The position numbers were made by a program, and so were the translations under genes. Shown here piece by piece: positions 18,618 through 28,484 of a stretch of 64,000 nt of DNA (position 1 is the stretch's first letter; the number at the start of each line of letters is the position of its first letter). Below the pieces are notes generated by a model, which was not told the origin of the DNA, did no database searches, and saw only the letters and a program-made list of their open reading frames with translations. Source of the DNA: Macrostomum lignano (lineage: Eukaryota); contig NIVC01001860.1 of assembly GCA_002269645.1 (NCBI GenBank), positions 1 through 64,000 of the forward strand, given 5' to 3'.

Positions 18618-19394
18618 TCAGTTATCAAAGCGAACATTGGGCTGCAGCCTCATCGCGTCCTGCCGACGAAGTTGAAATGGCAGCTTTCGCTTCCTGCTGC
18701 TGCTGCTCACCGTCGAAGCCGCTGCATGCGCCCTGAACTGATACCACACCGGATCTTCCTCAAGGTTGGTGTCCCGCTGCGGAAGCAGTCCAGCATCAGA
18801 ATCAACCGAAGGTATCGGTGTGGATGTGATTGGCTCAGTCACAATGCGCGGCCTTGTGGGCGAGCTAACGTCCTCGTCATCAGCATGATCTCCGCCCTCA
18901 TCAGTCTCCATTATGGGCTTCGTGTCCTGGTCAGCCTCCAACTTGAGCTTCTTGTCCTCTTCCTCCTCTTCCTCATCAGACTCCAGCTCGTACTGCATTG
19001 TGTTCCTCAAGGGAGCCACCAGCTGACCGTCGATCCAGGAGGCGATTTTCCAGAGCTTCTGCCACAGCGGCGGAGTCAGTGGTACGGCGTTTCGTCTCAA
19101 AAACTCCTCGCAGCAATCTTCCGGCAGCCGTTTGAGCCAAATGATGCCGCCTTTGACTTCCACAAACTTATCGAAGCCGAGTTTCACGACCTTGGGCTCG
19201 TTGTTGCGTGCAGAAATCACAAGTGAGCGTTTCACCTCCTTCAATTTCTTCCATTGGTGAACATTCAGGTTGAATCCTGGGACGCCTGGCTTCAGACTTG
19301 CCGTGCTGCCGTGTCGGTAAAATTTGCGAATAGCGATAAATTTTTGTCCTTCAAACTCCTGGACTTGTGCCTTATAGCCTTCACAGATGTCCAT
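18618..19394 (-). CDS. PC4/Sub1-like ssDNA-binding protein with a probable second degenerate PC4 repeat and an acidic tail
   Basis: AQVQEFEGQKFIAIRKFY...LKPGVPGFNLNVHQWKKL resembles PC4 VSVRDFKGKVLIDIREYW...KPGRKGISLNPEQWSQL. Confidence 0.8.
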   Translation of the reverse strand: MDICEGYKAQVQEFEGQKFIAIRKFYRHGSTASLKPGVPGFNLNVHQWKKLKEVKRSLVISARNNEPKVVKLGFDKFVEVKGGIIWLKRLPEDCCEEFLRRNAVPLTPPLWQKLWKIASWIDGQLVAPLRNTMQYELESDEEEEEEDKKLKLEADQDTKPIMETDEGGDHADDEDVSSPTRPRIVTEPITSTPIPSVDSDAGLLPQRDTNLEEDPVWYQFRAHAAASTVSSSSRKRKLPFQLRRQDAMRLQPNVRFDN

Positions 19395-19498
19395 TTTCCT
19401 TTCGCAATTGAAAACTCACAAAAGTTAAAAGCTGAGGAAAATTTCGGATGAAATTTTGGATTTGAAAAATTGAGAATTCTTTCTTGTCAATTTCGGGG

Positions 19499-19558
19499 CT
19501 TATATACCCTCGACCGAACCACCCCAAACCACCCATCCCACTCCGGGCTCTGTGATTG
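19499..19558 (-). promoter_or_regulatory. Pol II promoter of the PC4-like gene: CCAAT box and TATATAAG
   Basis: gattggc at about 19553-19560 and cttatata at 19499-19506, 105 nt before ATG 19394. Confidence 0.6.
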
Positions 19559-19601
19559 GCTCTTTCGCAAACATTATTTCCAATTACATAGATTAACATC
19601 T

Positions 19602-19820
19602 TATCTCTGCAGTGTTAACCACCCCCAATGCAAAGAGATAGGCCGCCTCTCCTCCTATCTCTGCAGTGTTAACCACCCCCAATGCAAAGAGATAGGCCGC
19701 CTCTCCTCCTATCTCTGCAGTGTTAACCACCCCCAATGCAAAGAGATAGGCCGCCTCTCCTCCTATCTCTGCAGTGTTAACCATCTCCAGTGTAAAGAAA
19801 TAGGCCGCCTCTTCTCCTAT
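19602..19820. repeat. 54-bp subterminal tandem repeat (about 4 copies) related to the TIR 47-bp unit
   Basis: tatctctgcagtgttaaccacccccaatgcaaagagataggccgcctctcctcc at 19602, 19656 and 19710. Confidence 0.9.
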
Positions 19821-19835
19821 CACTCCTGTGTTAAG

Positions 19836-20175
19836 CAGAGATAGAGCTCATATCTCTGCAGTGCTTAGCCGTCCCCAATGCACAGAGATAGAGCTCATAT
19901 CTCTGCAGTGCTTAGCCGTCCCCAATGCACAGAGATAGAGCTCATATCTCTGCAGTGCTTAGCCGTCCCCAATGCACAGAGATAGAGCTCATATCTCTGC
20001 AGTGCTTAGCCGTCCCCAATGCACAGAGATAGAGCTCATATCTCTGCAGTGCTTAGCCGTCCCCAATGCACAGAGATAGGGCTCATATCTCCGCAGTGTA
20101 TTTTTCCCTATACATTTGCATTGCCGCCTATCTCGCCAGTGCTAGTGCGGCAGTATCATAATTCGCCCTACTACT
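19836..20175 (-). repeat. Right terminal inverted repeat (340 bp)
   Basis: Five full and one partial 47-bp unit plus the terminal unique part. Ends attcgccctactact. Confidence 0.95.
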
Positions 20176-20416
20176 ACAAAAGTTTCTCCCCTATTTGCCA
20201 GATGTGGTAAATAAGTTTCTATTCTTTCAGTTCAGTAGCAATGAAGAATTTGTACATAGGAACGGGGGGACAGTGGGGCCATGGCCGGCCAGTAATGGTA
20301 TCTGGCCCCTCCACATTTTAAATGCAAAATGTTGACTTTTTGCTTATTTTTTACTCTTATTTCTGGTTTTTGCTGCTTTTCATGAATGCATTTTGCTGCA
20401 GGACGACAAATCATAG

Positions 20417-20555
20417 CGCCTGCGGCGCCAAAATGAGTGCCTGCGGCGCTAAAATGAGTGCCTGCGGCGCTAAAATGAGTGCATGCGGCGCTAAAATGAG
20501 TGCCTGCGGCGCTAAAATGAGTGCATGCGGCGCTAAAATGAGTGCCTGCGGCGCT
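20417..20555. repeat. 21-bp tandem repeat (about 6.5 copies), possibly inside a small non-autonomous element (about 20231-20690)
   Basis: Unit gcctgcggcgctaaaatgagt. The flanks gttcagtagc and gccactgaac are near-inverted. Confidence 0.75.
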
Positions 20556-20844
20556 TTATAAAATGCTGATGCTGACAAGACGGATTTTGAAAATAATCGG
20601 TACATGATAATGTGCATTTTCCATATAAAAAATCTAACTCGACGGGGGCGTGCGCCCTGTGCGCCCCCCCAAAAAAACTGCCACTGAACCTGCCACCCCC
20701 CAACTTTTTGAAATGTTCCTACGCCTATGAATTTGTAAGCTTGCTCGTGCAGCTAACACCCTTGAGGGCCAACTGCAAGGCAAGGCACGTAAACAACTCG
20801 CTACTGGTGCAGTCGTAATGTACATTTAGCCAGCGCCGCTGAAA

Positions 20845-21255
20845 TGTACATGACAGGCAGCTTTAGGCTGGAAGACAATAAAACTTGGGCGGCCCCGGGG
20901 GTATAAAATTTTGTGCGGAAAGACCCGGCCCGAGGGGTTCAGCTGAGGGTGGGAGATCCAATAAACGAGTTATATATAATGTACATGGCAGGCAGCTTTA
21001 GGCTCCGAGGAAAGCAATAAAAACTGGGTGGTGGGGCGGGGGTAGAGATTTCGAGCGGAAAGCCGCGGCCAGAGGGGTTCAGCTGAGGGTGGGAGATCCA
21101 ATAAACGAGTTCTATATAATGTACATGGCAGGCAGCTTTAGGCTCCGAGGAAAGCAATAAAAACTGGGTGGTGGGGCGGGGGTAGAGATTTCGAGCGGAA
21201 AACCCAGTCGGAGGGGTTCAGCTGGGGAAGGGGGGTAAGAGGGCCAATAAACGAG
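20845..21255. repeat. About 140-bp tandem repeat (about 3 copies)
   Basis: tgtacatggcaggcagctttaggct...ccaataaacgagt recurs at about 20846, 20980 and 21120. Confidence 0.85.
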
Positions 21256-21555
21256 TCTTGTCCTAAAATACATTAAAATGCTTCTATTACTGAACTGAAA
21301 GTAGCTTACATGCAAAGGTGCTGAGAGCCTCATCCAGTTAATTATATTAGTATCTGTGGTTTCTAATGTATTTTAAAAAGTTCAAAAATTTCGAACTAGG
21401 CATCAAATACGAGCTAGACTTATTTCAAAAGTATTAAAAATAAGGGTTAAAGAAGATTTGGTACTCGCAGATTTGGGTTTAAGATCTCTTTGGATAAGGT
21501 CGTTAATACACTGCCCGCACTACCCCTTTCCACAAATTTCAACTACCGTTTCCAG

Positions 21556-21604
21556 CGCCCAGCAGACGTCCGACTCGTCGCGCAAGGAAAGACTTGGTAA
21601 CCAG
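21556..21604 (+). CDS. DNM: Dynamin 49-bp exon (middle domain to PH domain linker)
   Basis: tttccag|c gcc cag cag ... ggt aac cag|gtgagc gives (N)AQQTSDSSRKERLGNQ. Phases fit both neighbouring exons. Confidence 0.85.
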
Positions 21605-21899
21605 GTGAGCCGGCCTCCCTGCCTCTGCTCTCTTACCCTCCCCTCTCTCTGCCATGTTGATGTCACGTCATCTGAACTTCCTTGGAGCTCGAAAAATTTG
21701 AGACGTGATCAGCCCTAAATCCCACACCTGCGCGGATTCCTCGGCCTCTCATAGCTCTGCGTCTCGAATCCCGACAGAGCCGTCCCAGCAGCCCTCCTCC
21801 CCTTCCCTTCTTCAAGAGTGCTCGGGTTCCATACTCATAATTATTCCTCTGCGGTGCCGGCTCTCTTTCGCACGCCTCTCGCTCGCTTCTCTGCTGCTC

Positions 21900-22400
21900 A
21901 ACCTCCATGCCTCACTTGCATCTTTCCCCTCTCTCTTGACTCCCCCCCGACTCCCCTGACTCCCCTGACTCCCCTGACTCCCCTGACTCCCCTGACTCCC
22001 CTCTCTCCCCTGACTCCCCTGACTCCCTCCCTGTCCTGGCTCCCTTGACTCACTCTTTCCCTCTCCCTCTCTCCCTTTCTCCCCTCTAATCCTGTCTCCC
22101 TCTCTCCCTCTCTCCCTCTCCAATCTTTAACTTCTCTCCTCTCCCGTCCCTCTCTCTTTCTCTTTCTATCTCCTTCTCTCCCCCCTCTCATTCAGCCCTC
22201 CAACCTCTTGCTCCTCCGTCCCCTGGCCCTGCCCCACCTGATACTCCCCAAAACTTCAGCAGCCAGAGACGAATCGATAAGAAGAGAGAGTGTGTTTGAG
22301 AGAGAGAGAGAGAGGGAGAGAGAGAGAGAGAGAGAGGAGGAGAGAGAGAGAGAGAGAGAGGAGGAGAGAGAGAGAGAGAGAGAGGAGGAGAGAGAGAGTG
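21900..22400. repeat. CT-rich then GA-rich low-complexity tracts
   Basis: (CTCCCCTGA)n and (GA)n/(GAG)n runs. Confidence 0.85.
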
Positions 22401-22878
22401 AGGGAGCTAACGAGAGACCCAGTGAGAGTGGCCGCGCACGCAATGAATTAGTTAAGCGCAAACAGGAGCCACACACAGCTAGCCTAACTTCAGGGTCTAA
22501 CCTCGGCCACACACACATACACACAAAAGTCCTTCGACTTCCTTCTGTAGGCCTGTGGGTCCCCAGCTGCCGCCCCGGCCAGTCAGCCTCCCTTCCTGCC
22601 TCATCTCACGCGTGCAGGCGGAGTCGGAAAGAACTGAGAGAGATGAATTCTTCGTGTTGTGCTCCGGCTTGCTTGCTTGTAGCAGATCGATAGTGCAGAA
22701 GGCGTCCTCCTCCCTTTCCCTCTCCATCCCCAGTCCCCAGCCTCCCTCCCCTGGTTGCTGGCCCGTCAGTTGCCAATCATGCTTAGAGACTGGGAGCCAA
22801 GACTTGACAAGTTTGTTTTGTAATCAGATACTATACATACAGTGATAAATGCTCAAACTATGCTCATCTCTGTCAAAG

Positions 22879-22992
22879 GTGATCCGCAAAGGCTACCTGA
22901 CTCTCAACAACGTGTCAATCATGCGCGGCGGCTCAAAGGAATGCTGGTTCGTGCTCACCGCCGAAAGTCTGAGCTGGTTCAAAGATGAAGAG
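22879..22992 (+). CDS. DNM: Dynamin PH domain exon
   Basis: [38 protein letters not shown] with AG/GT boundaries. Confidence 0.92.
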
Positions 22993-23204
22993 GTGATTGA
23001 TATTTTATTGCTTAAATTTGTCTGCTAAATTTGCTACTCGGCAGTAGCGCTGAATGAACTTCATTGCTTTTAACTGCTCTATGCTCAAAAAAGCTTAATT
23101 AGTGCATTTGCTGTAAAGAAGACAAAAACTCATCAAATTCTCTCCTAATACCCCATGGATATTCTCCCTTGATCCCCACAGAAGTCATTTCTTAAACCCA
23201 GATT

Positions 23205-23795
23205 AATCCGATATTGATCCCCACAGGAATCCGATATTGATCCCCATAGCAATCCGATATTGATCCCCATAGCACTCCGATATTGATCCCCATAGCAATC
23301 CGATATTGGTCCCCATAGCAATCCGATATTGATCCCATTTAGAATCCGATATTGATCCCCATAGCAATCCGATATTGGTCCCCATAGCAATCCGATATTG
23401 ATCCCATTTAGAATCCGATATTGATCCCCATAGGAATCCGATATTGATCCCATTTAGAATCCGATATTTATCCCATAGCAACCCGATATTTATCCTCATA
23501 GGAATCCGATATTGATCCCATTTAGAATCCGATATTGATGCCCATAGCAATCCGATATTGATCCCCATAGGAATCCGATATTGATCCCCATAGGAATCCG
23601 ATATTGATCCCCATAGCAATCCGATATTGATCTCCATAGCAACCCGATATTGATCCCCATAGCAACCCGATATTGATCCCCATAGCAACCCGATATTGAT
23701 CCCCATAGGAATCCGATATTGATCCCCATAGCAACCCGATATTGATCCCCATAGCAACTCGATATTGATCCCCATAGGAATCCGATATTGATCCC
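23205..23795. repeat. 23-bp minisatellite (about 25 copies) in a dynamin intron
   Basis: Unit ccgatattgatccccatagcaat. Confidence 0.95.
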
Positions 23796-23847
23796 CTCTT
23801 GGCATTCTGAATTTCTAATCCTTTCATCCCCTCAACCACCGCCGCAG

Positions 23848-23957
23848 GAGCGCGAGAAAAAGTACATGCTGCCCTTGGACGGGCTGAAAATTCGAGACGG
23901 CGAATCCCGCCTGTTCGGCAAGAAAAACATTTTCGTGCTGTTCCACTCCGAGGGCAG
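23848..23957 (+). CDS. DNM: Dynamin PH domain exon
   Basis: EREKKYMLPLDGLKIRDGESRLFGKKNIFVLFHSEG(R). Boundaries gcag| and |gtgaag. Confidence 0.92.
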
Positions 23958-24039
23958 GTGAAGGCGCACTTTTATGCCCTGTAAATCAATCAGCTCGTTA
24001 GACAGCTCTCTGGTCACAAAATTACGCTTGACTTTCCAG

Positions 24040-24166
24040 GAACACGTACAAAGACTACAAGTACATCGAGCTGGCCGCTGAAACTGCCGACGAAGTTGAC
24101 AGCTGGAAAGCGTCCCTGCTGCGGGCCGGGGTCTATCCGCAAAAGGAATCAGAGGAGCGGGAGGAG
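24040..24166 (+). CDS. DNM: Dynamin PH domain exon
   Basis: [42 protein letters not shown]. Boundaries ttccag| and |gtgggt. Confidence 0.92.
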
Positions 24167-24184
24167 GTGGGTCAGATGGGTCAG

Positions 24185-24720
24185 TGTGTGTCAGGTTGAG
24201 GTCTGTGGTGTGTCAGGGTGAGGTCTGTGGTGTCAGGGTGATGTTTGTGGTGTGTCAGGGTGAGGTCTGTGGTGTGTCAGGGTGAGGTCTGTGGTGTGTC
24301 AGGGTGAGGTCTGTGGTGTGTCAGGGTGAGGTCTGTGGTGTGTCAGGGTGAGGTCTGTGGTGTGTCAGGGTGAGGTCTGTGGTGTGTCAGGGTGAGGTCT
24401 GTGGTGTGTCAGGGTGAGGTCTGTGGTGTGTCAGGGTGAGGTCTGTGGTGTGTCAGGGTGAGGTCTGTGGTGTGTCAGGGTGAGGTCTGTGGTGTGTCAG
24501 GGTGAGGTCTGTGGGGTGTCAGGGTGAGGTCTGTGGTGTGTCAGGGTGAGGTCTGTGGTGTGTCAGGGTGAGGTCTGTGGTGTGTCAGGGTGAGGTTTGT
24601 GGTGTGTCAGGGTGAGGTCTGTGGTGTGTCAGGGTGAGGTCTGTGGTGTGTCAGGGTGAGGTCTATGGTGTGTCAGGGTGAGGTCTATGGTGTGTCAGGG
24701 TGAGGTCTGTGGTGTGTCAG
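24185..24720. repeat. 22-bp minisatellite (about 24 copies) in a dynamin intron
   Basis: Unit tgtgtcagggtgaggtctgtgg. Confidence 0.95.
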
Positions 24721-24776
24721 TCAATTCGGAAAAATCTCCGCTCGCTCTTGATTCGGTCCCCAAAATAACCCCGCAG

Positions 24777-24926
24777 CTCGAGACTGAAGTGTCGTCCAGC
24801 ACCGATCCTCAGATGGAGCGCCAGGTGGAGACCATCCGAAACCTGGTGGAGTCGTACATGAAAATTGTGGACAAGACTCAGCGCGACGTGGTGCCCAAGA
24901 CCGTCATTCACCTGATTGTCAACGAG
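24777..24926 (+). CDS. DNM: Dynamin GED exon
   Basis: [50 protein letters not shown]. Boundaries ccgcag| and |gtgacc. Confidence 0.93.
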
Positions 24927-24949
24927 GTGACCTCATAAGAGGGTAGCAA

Positions 24950-25210
24950 TGACCCGCCAATCCTGACACACCAATCCTGACCCGCCAATCCTGACCCCCC
25001 AATCCTGACCCGCGAATCCTGACCCGTCAATCCTGACCCGCCAATCCTGACCCGCCAATCCTGACTCACCAATCCTGACCCACCAATCCTGACCCACCAA
25101 TCCTGACCCACCAATCCTGACCCACCAATCCTGACCCACCAATCCTGACCCAACAAATATTGGCCCACCAATCCTGATCCAACGATCCTGACCCACCAAT
25201 CCTGACCCAG
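24950..25210. repeat. 14-bp minisatellite in a dynamin intron
   Basis: Unit ccaatcctgaccca. Confidence 0.9.
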
Positions 25211-25233
25211 GAACCCGGACCCACCGCCCGCAG

Positions 25234-25710
25234 CTCAAGGACTTCCTGAAGACCTCGATGCTGGCCCAGCTGTACGGCACGCAAGACCAAGCCACGCTGA
25301 TGGAGGAGTCTGAGGGCGAGTCAGTCCGCCGCGAGGAGACCCTCCGCATCTACAAGGCCACGAAGGAGGCCCTGCAGATCCTCAGCGATGTCTCAGCCAG
25401 CACGACGCACACGCCGACGCCGCCGCCCGTGAAGGACGACTGGATCCAGCCGGACTCGCACAACGGCCCGGGCGGCGCGCACCATCCGCCGCCGTCGCCT
25501 GCCGGCCGGCGAACCCCGGTGCCTCCGCCGCCCGGCGGTCAGCAGCGGCCGGCGCCAATGCCGCCGAGGCCGTCGATGCCGTCTCGACCGGCGCCGGGAC
25601 CGCCGCCGCCAGGAGGAGGCGGCCGGATGATGGGCGCCCCACCTGGCGGGCCGCCGCCGCATCAGCAGGCCGGAGGCGCCGCCCTGCCGCCGCCGATGGT
25701 GCCACAGTAA
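25234..25710 (+). CDS. DNM: Dynamin GED end plus proline-rich domain exon
   Basis: LKDFLKTSMLAQLYGTQDQATLMEES...PTPPPVKDDW followed by a Pro-rich tail. Ends either at TAA 25708-25710 or at the overlapping donor ca|gtaagc. Confidence 0.9.
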   Translation, partial: LKDFLKTSMLAQLYGTQDQATLMEESEGESVRREETLRIYKATKEALQILSDVSASTTHTPTPPPVKDDWIQPDSHNGPGGAHHPPPSPAGRRTPVPPPPGGQQRPAPMPPRPSMPSRPAPGPPPPGGGGRMMGAPPGGPPPHQQAGGAALPPPMVPQ

Positions 25711-26084
25711 GCTTAATTTAAATATTATTGTATTTTGACTGAGTCATGCTACTTGCGAGCATTTAGAGAAAGTTTGTAGTGCTATTTGCATGTTACTATC
25801 GCATTTAATTCAAACTCTTGCAAAAACGTTGGCCCTCAACTTTTCTTGTTCAAACAGGAGGGCACCGTCTCCAGGACCCGAGTGAGTTGATGCTTTAAAT
25901 TTGTTTAACTTTGTGTGCATCTTGATGAGGTCAGTGAGGTCGAGGAGGTTAAAGAGAAAGTGATTCAGAACGAACACAAAACGCAACCTTCCCGTGTTAA
26001 CATTGCAGCTCTCGCAGGAAGTAATTTCGAAAAGGTGAATACAGCTTTTTAGCAAATTAGTTGCTCAATTTTTGATCCTCAAGT

Positions 26085-26845
<761 letters not shown>

Positions 26846-27837
26846 AGTTTTGCGTGTTCTCTTAGAAGTCTATTAGGTTCTTGGATCTCTCTTGGTGAAT
26901 GCCATAACCCACTCCTCATCAATGAATTGTAGAAGGCATTCAGGTACAGCCTGAACCACAGCGAGTTTTCGAATGAGAAACTACTAAAATCATGCTTATA
27001 AGAGTTTATATAAACTGTGCTACTCACAAAGCAGTAGGCTTGTAGCGAGCATTGACTCATAAAAAGTCAAATTATCATGCATAAAATTTGCACATATTTT
27101 CGGTTCGAACTAGTCACTGTGCATCTGCGCTAATTTTAGCCGATCATTTTGTTACGCATTCATTTATATTTTTCAACTAGATTCGAAATTAGTATATTTA
27201 GATTATATCCATGCACCGCTACAGCGAGCGTTTGTGTTTTTATAAAGTTTTTTTCATGCTTCTTTTTTATAGAGTGCTGTCTCGCAATCTCATTCAGGCA
27301 TCATTTTGTAGAAATATTTTTGTTACATCGAGTTTTTGTTTAACTCCCTGTTTACTGTTTATCCGTGATAATCTGTTTACTGTGATCAGAAGTAGAATTG
27401 TTTCTCCCTAGAGGGCTTCAATTATGAAAGCATATTTGTTTGACAAACCAAATCAAATTTCTGCATAATAATCTTCTGCTTCTGCATACCCCCCCAGTCA
27501 GGATTCCAAATGCTTTTGTAATTTTGCGATTTAATTTTGGCTGGCATTGTGCAATCTTCTCAACTCAATGTTTCTTTAGTTAGTTTCATGCAACAAGTAG
27601 ATTACTTAAAAGTGCACCTTGTACTTTAATCGCTATAATCTTACTTAGAAGCTTCGCTGCAGGTGATAATAGTCTATGGGCACGCCCGAATATTGCATAA
27701 TTATTTTTATTAACGTTGTGAGTCCTTGCTCATTGGTTATCCAAATATATTATACATTTAGCTAATGTTATTAATCATAGCCCTATACGCTTCTTGTACT
27801 GTTGTTTTTGGGTTAAAGCTACAGAAATGCTCTGGGT

Positions 27838-28115
27838 CAGGGGGCGGATGGGGGCGGATCAGGGGCGGATCGGGGGCGGATCAGGGGGCGAATAGGGGGC
27901 GGATCAGGGGCGGATGGGGCGGATCAGGGGGCGGATCAGGGGCGGATCGGGGGCGGATCAGGGGGCGAATCAGGGGCGGATCAGGGGGCGGATCAAGGAG
28001 GTGGATCAGGGTGGCGGATTAGGGGGCGGATGGGGGCGGATCAGGGGGCGGATCAGAAAGCGGATCAGTCGCAGATCCAGGGGGCAGATCAGGTGGATCA
28101 GGGGGGCGGATCAGG
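27838..28115. repeat. GGGGGCGGATCA-type degenerate 11-12-bp tandem repeat
   Basis: Direct inspection. Confidence 0.9.
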
Positions 28116-28343
28116 GATTGATAGGGGAGCGGATCTCTCCGGGTAGTTCTTAACCAGACAGGTCAATGTGTTAATAAAGAGCGTGGGCGGTTTAGGCGTT
28201 TGATGAAGTGTTTGGGGCCGGGATATGCACAAATATCGCTAGTGCAAGATGGCAAGCAGGTGTTTCCTATTTGCAGTAAGTGCGCCGAACATTGGCCCCT
28301 TATCTAAAGCTGGGTAAACACAAGCAATAAGCAGACTCCAGTA

Positions 28344-28357
28344 GTTGCTATGGTGAC
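28344..28357 (-). promoter_or_regulatory. Putative RFX X-box upstream of the GPCR gene
   Basis: The minus strand GTCACCATAGCAAC fits the GTHNYYATRRNAAC consensus, about 128 nt before ATG 28485. Confidence 0.4.
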
Positions 28358-28484
28358 AGTCAATATTGGCCATGCGGAATCGCGGCGTGAATGGAGATAA
28401 GACGAGTTTACCGATGGGAACTCACGCAGATTTCGGTTTGGAAATATTCGCTCCCTAAGCTCCACACACCTGAGCAACAGCAGG

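Larger units (their letters stand above)
3330..20175. mobile_element. Complete Polinton/Maverick (polintovirus/adintovirus-type endogenous DNA virus) inside a dynamin intron
   Basis: Starts AGTAGTAGGG and ends CCCTACTACT. 340-bp TIRs, TSD ACAAAA at 3324-3329 and 20176-20181. Encodes pPolB, integrase, protease, ATPase, MCP and minor capsid protein. Confidence 0.97.

Noticed and set aside
21663-22845. Several 76-161-aa ORFs in the GA/CT-rich dynamin intron
   Set aside because: Low-complexity translations with no recognisable domain or splice-consistent structure.
23145-23839. 200-aa GINIGLLWGSISD repeat ORFs
   Set aside because: Translation of an intronic 23-bp minisatellite.
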